NCBI GenBank assembly: GCA_951406725.2
Contig: OX597818.1
Span: 141,484,001 to 141,548,000, forward strand
Length of the DNA stretch: 64,000 bases
Reading direction: 5' to 3'
Source: Octopus vulgaris
Lineage: Eukaryota
In this document: piece after piece, positions 30,267 to 41,361 of the stretch
Position numbering within the stretch: the first letter of the stretch is position 1
Layout: every line of letters starts with the position of its first letter
Made by a program: the position numbers and the translations under genes
Notes under the pieces: model-generated
What the model was told of the DNA's origin: nothing
Databases searched by the model: none
Seen by the model: the letters and a program-made list of their open reading frames with translations, nothing else

Positions 30267-30360
30267 TATGAGTAGTAGTAATCCATGCATTCGAACTTCT
30301 ACATACTTACACGCCCACAGCACATATAAAACATACATGTATGTATATATAGCGAGAGAG

Positions 30361-30413
<53 letters not shown>

Positions 30414-30988
30414 CATAATTGTCTACTAATCGACTATCATTAGCTCGTTGAGTTTTGCACATAATGACTTAATATAATATCGCAATGTAATTGTGTAGGT
30501 ACCATTGGTAAATCATTATATAATTCTTCAATTTATGACAAAGAACATCAGCGAAGCGCTTAGTCCCAGAGGAAATATAAACGGTGAGAGTGTAAAGCAA
30601 ACGTGAAGATATTGAATTCGCTCGAATAAGTGTCTCAAATTAGAGCTGCATTCGCATTATGCACACGCATACACACACACAAAACACTTACACAAAATAC
30701 ATACAAACATATATATATATATATATATGAATATGTATGTATATATATATATATATACATATGAAAACGCATTTATATATGTGTGTGTGTATAAGCACAT
30801 TTACATATGCCTTCACACGTGTACATTTACGTGTTATAGATGTGTGTGTCCTGGTTTGTGTAAATTTAAGTATTAATGTATTATTGTATAGTATTTCCGT
30901 TTTTATCGTCTATCAGCTCTTCTTTAAAGCTGTCTATCTCTATCGTTCTCTTACTTTCCCTATATTTGCATATACACAGACACAGGCT

Positions 30989-31029
<41 letters not shown>

Positions 31030-31046
31030 TAATATACATATAAATA

Positions 31047-31088
<42 letters not shown>

Positions 31089-31173
31089 TATATACACATA
31101 TATATTTATATATCTACAGATATATACTTACATTTATATACATATATATATATATGTATATATATTTACACAT

Positions 31174-31210
<37 letters not shown>

Positions 31211-31802
31211 TCATCACTCAACATCTAGATACATACACATACATACATACGTACATACATGCATGCGCACATTACATACACATACACATACCTGCACATA
31301 ACTATGTACGTAATGACGTCTATAATTATATCTCAAAACGATCAGTACAGAACCGAATAGAGAACCATTTAAAGAAATCTGATTTTCAAATTCTTTTGTT
31401 TCAAGTACAATAAAATAAGAAAACTATCGAAAGATAATTTTGGCTTTTTTCTTATTTTTCAGAAAAAAAAAAGATTCAACACCAGAAATATACAAAAAAA
31501 ATGCATAAATGAATGTACGGTAAAAAGCGTATTTAAAGAAATTGCAACTTTGCTAATGAATGAAAACAGACGTCAATTTGGCGGATGTTGGAGGAATTAG
31601 TTTCGGAAAGAAAGATAAAAAAATAAATAAAAGATTAGAGTATAACAATTAGAAGTGTAAGTGCCATTCTGTCTCTACACCCACTTGGAGATTTTCTGAT
31701 ATCTTTTAGAGTTTTGTAGCAATATAGCAACGTGTTGTATCGTATCTATTGTTGATTATTTATTGTTTTTTTTCCTCAAGTATTGTTTGGCAGTTGTTCC
31801 AA

Positions 31803-31847
<45 letters not shown>

Positions 31848-32016
31848 GTGCGCGCACTCACAACTTCTCACACACTCACACAAATATATATATATATATA
31901 TATATATACATATGTACATATATGCTTTTATATATGTATATACGTATATATATATATATACATATATAAACGTATGTGGAAGTATATATTTGTGTGTATA
32001 TAGATATATATGTATG

Positions 32017-32088
<72 letters not shown>

Positions 32089-32619
32089 TACATATATATA
32101 TATATGTGTATATATGTATATATACACACATGTGTACATATATACATACACACACATACATACGCACACACACACACACATATATATATATGCATACACA
32201 GATGCAAGTATAAGCGTGCACTGGTGTGTCTGTGCGTATACTAATGTTGCTTCTACTGATATTTTTGATATCTTTGTTATTCTTTAAAGATGTTGTTATT
32301 TTTGTTTTTGCTTTTGTTTTTTTCTTTTTGTTAGAGTTTGTTTTTACATTTGTTGCTGAAATGTTTTTGTTTTTGTATCTGTAATTTGACTCAATGTTGA
32401 AATTTTAATTAGTTTTGTTTTGCTAGTACACCACCTCCTCGTACCTCTACTACGACTACTGCTTCTTGCGTTGCCGCTACTACTACACCTACTACAATTG
32501 TTATTATTACTAACACTGCTGCTGCTGCTGCTGCTGCTATATTTAATATTGTCCCTCTTTTTATTGGTATTTTTTTTCTGTTGTTATTTTTGTTGTTGAT
32601 GAAATTGTAGTTGAGGAAA

Positions 32620-33145
32620 TTGTTGTGAATTGCGGCAATGAAATGTTGCAGTAGATTTCGCTGTCTCACATCAGGTGCTTTCACAAGGTGTGGTCTCGTA
32701 CCTGTTTATCTCGAAACGCTTCGTCTTCACATTTCTTTGTAAGGTATCTGTTAGTGTCGCACTGTTTGATATTTCAGTTATTTGCATCGTAGCTATTGAT
32801 CTCAGAACGGTTCGTCTCACAAAAAGTTTGTATATTAGCAGTTCATCTGACAACATTTGATATCGCTGCAGTTGATATCATAACAGCTGGTGTCGCAAAC
32901 ATATGGTCTCGTAGTTGTCCCTCTTTCAACTTTTGGTCACTTCACTCGTTCGTATTGCAGCTGGTGGTCTCACTACCAGATAAGCAGCTACTTGTCTCCT
33001 AACAGTAGATATTATACCAACTTATCTCATAAGATTTGGCGTCGCATCTGCTGGTCTCGCAACTGTTGATGTAGCAGCTACTGGCCTAACAAGACTTGGT
33101 ATCGCAAGAGTTGCCTTCGGAACAGTTGGTCTCGCAGCTGTCATT
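32620..33145. repeat. highly diverged ~15-bp minisatellite (consensus approx. GTTGGTCTCGCAACT)
   Basis: Recurrent GGTCTCGCA/GATATCGC/GGTGTCGCA/GGTATCGCA words at roughly 15-bp spacing. Confidence 0.65.
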
Positions 33146-33291
33146 CTTGGTAGTTTTTGCTGTCATTTACATTTCCAATAATGCTCTTCCTTTATTGCTT
33201 TACGTATTCGTTATCTTCCAATAATGGGAGTTTATATTTTGAATGACGTTAATTATCACCGCTAAAGCTGTTGCTGGTGCTGCTGCTGCTC

Positions 33292-33373
<82 letters not shown>

Positions 33374-33874
33374 AACAACTACTACTACTACTACTATTTG
33401 TGGTAAATCTCATTCATATGATAGTCTGTTTTTGTATGTTATCTTCTTGGGGAGTGCTCAACAATATGGCTGCGGGGAATTAGCAAAATAGCTCAGAAGA
33501 TATCACAAGTAAGATCAACAAAATTTAGATTTCATGACAATAAGACAATGTAAAGTGAGTTGTATGAAAACAACAGATATATTTTGGTGTTACTAGTCAT
33601 CTATGGTGAAGCCTATTCTATTCAGGTGGTAAAACCTACAGATAATATATGACAAACTGGGCCTCAAAGTATTGGTAGCTAGGATACAAGGGCACGCTAC
33701 CCGCAACTACAATTTTTATAACGAATAAATGAAATTTCAAAATTCTAAATGGAAACAAAAAGTTGCAGTTAAATTTTTGCAGAAAAAAAAAATATTTTTC
33801 ATTAATTACAGTGCACAAGTACTGTACATATTACTGGAAATGTACAGTGATACCAAATGTAAATACATAATGTT

Positions 33875-34132
33875 ATTCTTTTATTCTTTTACTTGTTTCA
33901 CTCATTTGACTATGGCAATATTGGAGCACCGTCTTGAACGGTTTTAGTCTACACAATCTACCCGAAGACATTTTGTTTGCCGAATCGCTAAGTTATGGAA
34001 ACGTAAGCTCACCAACAATGGTTGTCAAGTGGTGGTGGGGGAAAACACACGCACACATATATATATATAATGAGAAAAGGAGAGGTAATTAATAAAATAG
34101 TATTTATTAATTACAACATTGACAAGCATCTC

Positions 34133-34176
<44 letters not shown>

Positions 34177-34177
34177 T

Positions 34178-34246
<69 letters not shown>

Positions 34247-34556
34247 AAGGCTTCCAAATAGGAAGCGTAGTGCTAGAAACACAAAATGGGGAAAAATTCA
34301 TGAAAGGAATGAAATTTAAAAACATTTGCCATCTCATTTACCAAATGACAGCAAAAACTACCAAGAGATGGTAAATGTTTTTAATTTTCATTTCTTTCAT
34401 GAATTTATCCCCTTTTTGTGTTTATACTACGCTTCCTTATTTGGAATTTTATTATATTTCTATACGAAAAATATATAGTCTAATGACTAACTCGTCTTTT
34501 GTGCTAGACCACTGGTAAAAAAATTTATTTTATTACCCTATTTGATTATGTTTCAA

Positions 34557-34603
<47 letters not shown>

Positions 34604-34742
34604 CGGGCGTCTTTCAGTTTCCGTCTACCACTCACAAGGCATTGGTTGGCTCTAGGCTATAGGAAAAGGTGGCACGCAATAGGACTGGATCCGGAACTGT
34701 GTGGTTGGGATGCAAGCTTCTTACCACACAGCCACGCCTGCG
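33875..34742 (-). mobile_element. SINE family B split by insertions in its internal TA tract
   Basis: 3' half at about 33875-34055 and 5' half at about 34600-34742, same strand and collinear, separated by about 540 bp of microsatellite and foreign sequence. Confidence 0.75.
34241..34457. repeat. ~90-bp-arm inverted repeat (long hairpin)
   Basis: TTCCAAATAGGAAGCGTAGT...AAAAACATTTGCCATCTC (to 34335) pairs with GAGATGGTAAATGTTTTT...ACTACGCTTCCTTATTTGGAA (from 34365); 29-nt loop. Confidence 0.9.
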
Positions 34743-35017
34743 TCTGAATCTTATAACATTCGGTGTAACAATATGTTGTGAATGGATTCTTAAATGAATA
34801 CATGTTGGTGAATGTATAGTATAATGTTCTTTTTAAAAGTTTTAACCAAACAGAAAATAAAGTCTAATAAATTTATAAATCAATTTCAATATTTTTAATG
34901 AAGACTTTTTTAATTCAAAGAATTAGCTATGTTTCCTTATGAAATTCGCAGTATGGTAGTCAATATCACATTTTCACAGATATACATAAATTGCTTGTTT
35001 GGTCATTATGAGAGAGT

Positions 35018-35108
<91 letters not shown>

Positions 35109-35764
35109 ATATATAATTTCTTGATAATTATTAGTTATGATATGTATATCTATTTATTTATTATACTTTATTATTATTTTTATAATGTTATTTAACGTAT
35201 TACATATAATTTAATTTGAGAATTAGTTTTGTAAGACAATACAATATTTAATAGTTAGGTGGTCTATTTATTACGTAGTATTATATTAAAGTAAATTACT
35301 TTTATATTAATTGATATTTTGGTCAACTATATTATTGAGTAAAATATTAAATCTATAGATACAACATATATATTAATAATATAGTTAGTTTATCTAATAG
35401 GTGTGTATATATTTGAACCATTTCCTATTTTTAATTCCAATATTTATAGCTTGTACTAACATTATGTACATTACTTAACATTAAGGTTTTTAATATAAAT
35501 TACTTAATAGAATATAAGATTTTATTTAGATGTTTCTTAAATTAATTAATAATGTAATTTAATGTATATAGTTTAAATGACAGTATTTAGTTTTCATTTA
35601 AGGTATATTTTGTATCTTATATATGTGTGTGTGTGTTAAATATTTTAATTAATTATATCTTATTTTTTAAACAATAATATATTTGTTAAAATATTACGTA
35701 TTTTACAAGATTATTTACGTATATTTATTAATTTCTCTAATTATTTTATTATTGTTGTTATCTT

Positions 35765-35863
35765 TAACCTGAAGAGTGGCTATATTAATATTGAAGTGAT
35801 TTTACTACTACTACTATTATTTTTACTACTATCATAAATATAGCCACAAAACACGTGTTGTTA
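35765..35863 (+). ncRNA. type-I hammerhead ribozyme motif, long stem II, G12->A inactivating change
   Basis: Stem I TAAC/GTTA; CTGAAGA 35769-35775; perfect 11-bp stem II GTGGCTATATT/AATATAGCCAC; AAAAC in place of GAAAC; palindromic ACACGTGT; predicted cleavage after GTT (35859). Confidence 0.75.
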
Positions 35864-36007
35864 TTCTACCAAATATATACGTTTTGTTTATTATTTTGCA
35901 CATTACATAATCATTGTTATATGTTTTAATCTTTCTATAATATGTAATTTTTCTAAATGGCATAATTTAATTTTTCATTATTGAATTGATAAAAGGTGTT
36001 TTTTCTA

Positions 36008-36054
<47 letters not shown>

Positions 36055-36089
36055 TATATGTGTGTGTGTATCTATGTATGTATACATAA

Positions 36090-36137
<48 letters not shown>

Positions 36138-36735
36138 AGTGAATTGAAGAAATGGAGTTGAACGAAGATTGAACAAAAATCGTTTTATTGCATTCTACAC
36201 GTCAGGCAGCGGTCATTCCGGTGGGTGGGAGCACGGGGTGCTTAGATGTTCTTTGTGACCGAGACTAAAGTTCTGACTATTTAAAGAATATTAGGTGTAT
36301 TATATGGGGCGAGAAAAAATCTACTTAGAAACATGTGTGTGTGTACTGTTCTATATATGCGCGGCCGCAAGTTGGTAAGAAGCGCTACACTCTGGTCGCT
36401 GCTGAGAAATCCGTCAGGGGGTAGAAAAAATTTTTTATGTGTTCGTATGTGCGTTTGATCACGCGGCCGTCAGTTGGTAAACAGCCCTACACAATGGTCA
36501 CTGCTGTAAAATCCGTCGGGTGGCAGAAAAATTTTTTTTATGTGTGCGTGTGTTCGTCTAATCATGCCTTGTCAAAGAAACCCCCCGTCGTCAAAACAAA
36601 CCACCATTCGTCTCCCAGGAGTAATTCCCCTTGCAATGGTTAATCATATTTCTCTTAAAAGCTTTTTCAGAATTTATTTCCAAGGGCTATTTTCATATAA
36701 GTAGTGTAACCGGGTGCAGGTATTATTTATAAGCG

Positions 36736-37722
36736 TTATTTATAAGCAAGATAAGTATAACGCCGCCAGTGGGGGCATCGAAAAGCCGACTGTAAAAGTC
36801 CGTTTACCATCCGGTCTCTGGCGAACAATATATGGAAGAGTTCGGAGACACAAAGGTTGCACTTCCTTCTGCCCCTGTCAAATGGGAGGGCCACCGACAA
36901 AATTGACCATACCAGCCTGTAGCTTGAGTTCGTATTCTTCAATCGCCATATTAGCTTGCTAAGTCCCGTGGTCTGGCATTTATTCACGTCTCGAAAAGTT
37001 GCGTAATGGTTGGAGATTCGTGAGGTCAATCTTGACGATGAGGCCCCGACATAAGAGTAGACATCTGAGTCCGTGTAAACCTTACATTGGTAGACGGCGT
37101 TTCTGATCTTGGAGTTCACCGACGTGAACCTTATTCTATTAGGATTAGTTTCTGAAATTAGAACTGCGTTACTGTTACTATATTTGTTGCGAGAACTGCA
37201 GCCGCTTACTACTTTATTTTCCACTACGTCACTATTAACTAACGGAATAACCCCTGATTCTACACTATCACTCAGAGTGCTGTCATTGCTAGTGCCCGTG
37301 GTGCTGCTATTGCCGGAAACGATGCTGGAGTTGCTATTGGGACTCTCTATCCTAGCGAGCCGAGCTGCGCTCACCTCACTACTGCCATTGTTACCGTCAA
37401 TGACATCACCCTTATTTAAAACTATACCCCTAGTATATAATCCCTGGTTGGAGCTGAAATTATGAGTCACTGTACTGGCTCTCATATCATTATTACTACT
37501 ATTATTATTCCTACTGAGCGTTAAACCGGGAGCGGAAGAAGCTGTGCCTCCGGAAAAAGGTGATAGGGTCTTAGTAAGCAGCCTATTATTATGGGAGGCG
37601 ACAATCTGGGCGAGGTTTTTAGTGTTGGAGAAAGCTATCCTGACGGATTTCTCAGCAGCGACCAGAGTGTAGCGCTTCTTACCAACTTGCGGCCGCGCAT
37701 ATATAGAACAGTACACACACAC
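36736..37722 (-). CDS. PLE GIY-YIG endonuclease (C-terminal part of a Neptune ORF, no RT domain)
   Basis: IAFSNTKNLAQIVASHNNRLL (post-RT linker motif), AVYQC...YVG.....R...H..TF (GIY-YIG), T.LSKLIW.LK, WSI, CNLC..E, N......C.H; first 28 aa come from the antisense of the inverted pLTR. Confidence 0.85.
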   Translation of the reverse strand: MCVYCSIYARPQVGKKRYTLVAAEKSVRIAFSNTKNLAQIVASHNNRLLTKTLSPFSGGTASSAPGLTLSRNNNSSNNDMRASTVTHNFSSNQGLYTRGIVLNKGDVIDGNNGSSEVSAARLARIESPNSNSSIVSGNSSTTGTSNDSTLSDSVESGVIPLVNSDVVENKVVSGCSSRNKYSNSNAVLISETNPNRIRFTSVNSKIRNAVYQCKVYTDSDVYSYVGASSSRLTSRISNHYATFRDVNKCQTTGLSKLIWRLKNTNSSYRLVWSILSVALPFDRGRRKCNLCVSELFHILFARDRMVNGLLQSAFRCPHWRRYTYLAYK

Positions 37723-37999
37723 ATGTTTCTAAGTAGATTTTGTCTCGCCCCATATAATACACCTAATATTCTTTAAATAGTCAGAACTTTAGTCTCGGTC
37801 ACAAAGAACATCTAAGCACCCCGTGCTCCCACCCACCGGAATGACCGCTGCCTGACCCGTTAAAACCTTCAACGCACCCACCACCAGTTTTCAACATACA
37901 TTGATAAACAGTTTGGCCATGGGCTCTTAGGAGCCTCGTTCGATTTGTTTTGCTGCGCCTCTGTTCTGTTTTTGTTTTTTCCAACGGATTTCCTATTTC

Positions 38000-38079
38000 T
38001 TCCTGAAGAGAAAGACACAATATGGTCTCCTTATTCAATCGGAATTTGGTAAATTGTGCCTTTCGAAACACGTGTAGAA
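38000..38079 (+). ncRNA. type-I hammerhead ribozyme, intact core, in PLE pLTR
   Basis: Stem I TTC/GAA; CTGAAGA 38003-38009; stem II GAAAGACACAAT/ATTGTGCCTTTC (11 of 12 pairs); GAAA 38065-38068; palindromic stem III ACACGTGT; GTA cleavage triplet 38074-38076; AATAAA at 38083. Confidence 0.85.
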
Positions 38080-38289
38080 TGCAATAAAACGATTTCTGTT
38101 CAATCTTCGTTCAACTCCATTTCTTCAATTCACTAATAATATTAAAATTCAATTATCCGCACCAACGCACGGTTGCAACACCATATGGTTGTACCTCCAA
38201 CCGTGCTGTCTTCTGCTGTGATTTTTGCTACCAAGGTATCGGTTAAACTTTTGATTAATCTGCAACAAGATTATTCATCTTTCTATTTC

Positions 38290-38361
<72 letters not shown>

Positions 38362-38364
<3 letters not shown>

Positions 38365-40560
38365 TTTGATACTTTGATACTTTGATAGGTTTCGGCCATT
38401 ATTGGCCCAGGCCATGTCCAACTAAATAGCACCACCTGGTGAAGTCTTTCAAGTCAGAATTTGGGCACTATGGCCCACTCAAGTAGAGAGTTATTGTTTA
38501 CAGAGACATATCCGGGTGTAGGGGGTTAATCCGGGATTTCTTGAAGGAATCTGTCCAAAGACTTCTTGAACCCTATAGGGTCAGTTTCTGTTTTAATGTG
38601 TTTTGGTGTAATGTTAAAGAGAGCGGGGCCAATTGAGGTGAAATAATTGTGCCGTATTGTTGTTATGAGATGAGAGTGCGATTTTTGTTTTGGGCGGATG
38701 GCACGGGGCCCAAGCCTTGGATGTACCTTAAAGGTGATGCCAACATCATTTGGGCAATGCTGATGGAATATTTTCCACATCATGCAGATGATGTAGCGCT
38801 CACGACGACGTTGGAGAGAATAAAGTTTTAGCTTTTCTAGTCGACCCCAATAGTCGAGGCCTGTCATGCCATCTATCTTTTTGTGATTGCCCTTTGAGGT
38901 GCTTCAACTTTTATGATACCTTGTATTGTGTGGGGAGACCACAGTAGACAACAGTATTCAAGGTGGGGTCGGGCAAAAGTGGAGAAGAGAAGGATAATGG
39001 TGTGGATATCTCTCGACTGGAAAGTTCTGAGAATCCAGGAACACATTCTGCGGGCCATGTCAACTTTGGTGTTTATATGAGTGGCCCAGCTTATGTTGTT
39101 GTCCACAATTACTCCCAAGTCTCTGATGTTGTTGGACGCCGCGAGAGTTTCACCTGAAGGAAGGGAGTATGGGAGTTTCAGGGCATCCTCTTTTCCAAAG
39201 TGGATTAACTCAAATTTATCCTCGTTCAGCAGCATATTGTTTTTTTCTGCCCATTGGATAACAGCCAGTAGATCTGACTGAAGGCATGTCCGGTCACTCG
39301 CCTTATTTATGACCTTCTGTAGCTTGGAATCATCTGCAAAAATGTTTATGTTGCTGTGCTTGATGATGTCATTAATGTCATTAATGTAAATGATGAAAAG
39401 AAGTGGGCCCAGCACAGTGCCTTGCGGAACGCCACTACTGACTTTGGCTGGGCTTGATTTTACCCCTTCAACTACAACATGTTGAGATCTGTCTGTCAGG
39501 AAACACTTGATCCATTTCAGTAACTTTCCACTGACACCAATGTTGGATAGTTTTTTCAATAGGATCTTGTGATCGACCCTGTCGAAGGCCTTACTGAAAT
39601 CAAGGTAGATGACATCGGTGTTGGAGCCCTCTCCCAAAGCTCTCAAAATGTCATCAAAGTGATGCAGGAGCTGCGTTAGGCAGTCCCTTCCATTACGGAA
39701 CCCATGTTGGTTGGAGATCAGCTGTCTGTTGCTTTCCAGAAATTGGGTTATTCGAGATCTCACCACCCTCTCAAATACCTTGATGATATGAAAGGTGAGT
39801 GAGATCGGACGGTAGTTCACTGCAAGGGACTTGTTTCCCTTTTTGAAAACTGGGACAACAGACTGGGACAGAAGGTTTTTTGGAATATAGCCAGCATCCA
39901 GTGAGTTTCTCCACAGATTAGCAAGGGGAGATGCAAGTTGGTGTCGACACACCTTCAGGACACAAGCAGGGAACCTATCGGGGCCTACTGCTGAATTGTG
40001 TTTTATTTCGTTTATCGCCGCTAAGACATCAGGGGCACTAAACGTTATGTCCGATATAGTGTGTTGGGGGTTGACATCACTGATACAGCCTAGATCGGCC
40101 ATATCAGGATTGCTGAAAACAGAGCAGTATTGTTTCTGCAGTATCTCGGCCATGGATTTGGCATTATCTTGGAGAGTGCCAGTTTCGTCAATTAGAGGGC
40201 CAACAGTGGAGACAGTGACCCTGCGTTTCCTCGCAAATGAAAAGAACACTTTGGGGTTGAGTTTGATTTTTTCAATGGCCCACTTCTCATCAGCTGATCT
40301 TTGGTTATTGATGAGGGTCTTCATGCATTGTTGGAGGTTATATTTTTTGGATTCAAGCAGTGCGATAGCCGTCGAATGTGTGTGTTGCTGTTGGCAGTAC
40401 TTTAGTTTGTTAATTTTTTTGTTTGTTCTTTTTATTTTTCTGATAATGGTTTTTCTGTTTTGGGGGATTCTGCACTTTTTGTTCACAGGTCTTGGTGGGG
40501 AGTGTTTTGCACATATGTCTGTGACGGTGTCTACAAAGATCTGCCAAGATGTTTTATGTT
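38362..40560 (-). mobile_element. 5'-truncated non-LTR retrotransposon (CR1/L2-group LINE)
   Basis: RT ORF, short 3' UTR, (TCAAAGTA)x3 tandem tail, both ends in (TA)n. Confidence 0.93.
38526..40555 (-). pseudogene. LINE ORF2 reverse transcriptase, one frameshift, endonuclease domain missing
   Basis: NYRPISL, QHGFRNGRDCLTQL, YLDFSKAFDRVDH, GVPQGTVLGPLLFIIYIND, FADD, RPHLEYC, LYSLQRRRER; 1-bp loss in an A run near 38878 splits ORFs 38873..40732 and 38526..38867. Confidence 0.93.
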
Positions 40561-40563
40561 TTA

Positions 40564-40613
<50 letters not shown>

Positions 40614-40824
40614 CATATATATACATATATATACATATACATACATATAAGGGTACAGGTCATCACCAAAGGTGCAAATAACTTGATATACGTAAAGAAC
40701 AGGAAAAAATGGAAAACAGAACAAGTAATCACAGAAAAAGGACCCTCTCATCAGTTGTCAGCTGTCTACCTACTCATAAATATATATACCTCCCCACATG
40801 AAATAATGTATCATGAAAATTGAT

Positions 40825-41340
40825 ACAACTCAAAGGTCAATTACAAAACAGATAGATGGCATGACAGGCCTTGACTATTGGAGTCTTCTAGAAAAGCTGA
40901 AAGCTATATTTTCTCCAACGCAACCGTGAGCACTACATCATTTGCAAGATGTCGAAAATATTCTATCAGGTGTCGTCTTTGAGATACACCAAAACTCAGA
41001 CTCAGTGGTATCTGCCCACAAAACAAATCATACCCGCATCACATAACAACAACACGGTACAATTATTTCACCTCAATTGGCCCCGCTCTCTTTATCATTA
41101 CATCAAAACACATTAAAGCAGAAACAGACCCCATTAAGTTCAAGAAGTTTTTGGACAAATTCTCTGATAAAATCCCGGATAAACCTCTTATACCCGGATA
41201 TATCTCCATAAACAATAACTCTCTCTAATCCAGTGGGCTATGTTGTCCGATTCCTGATTTGAATGCCTTTGTCCGGTGGTGCTATCAAGTTAGACATGGT
41301 CTAGGCCAATACTGGCTGAAACCTATCAAATATCGAAGTA
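40825..41340 (+). mobile_element. older 3' fragment of the same LINE family, opposite orientation
   Basis: GATAGATGGCATGACAGGCCTTGACTATTGG...AATTATTTCACCTCAATTGGCCCCGCTCTCTTTA...GGTGGTGCTATCAAGTTAGACATGG...GAAACCTATCAAA aligns with the reverse complement of 38380-38900; indels present. Confidence 0.88.
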
Positions 41341-41361
41341 TGTATATACATATACATATAC

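Larger units (their letters stand above)
36131..38292 (-). mobile_element. Neptune-type Penelope-like retroelement, 5'-truncated, with inverted pLTR
   Basis: 36131-36418 is a near-perfect reverse complement of 37639-37856 plus 38072-38142; GIY-YIG ORF between; hammerhead and AATAAA in the repeat; (TA)n on both sides. Confidence 0.9.

Noticed and set aside
38389-38415. GGCC-loop-GGCC-GAAAC in LINE and SINE B tails looks like hammerhead stem II plus GAAA
   Set aside because: No CTGANGA upstream and no NUH/stem III after; treated as a 3' recognition stem-loop.
40556-40732. N-terminal 59 aa of the 619-aa RT ORF
   Set aside because: Read-through from flanking TA tract and unrelated module; not part of the LINE protein.
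39996-40823. 275-aa plus-strand ORF, and 37109..37465
   Set aside because: Antisense shadows of the LINE RT and PLE endonuclease ORFs.
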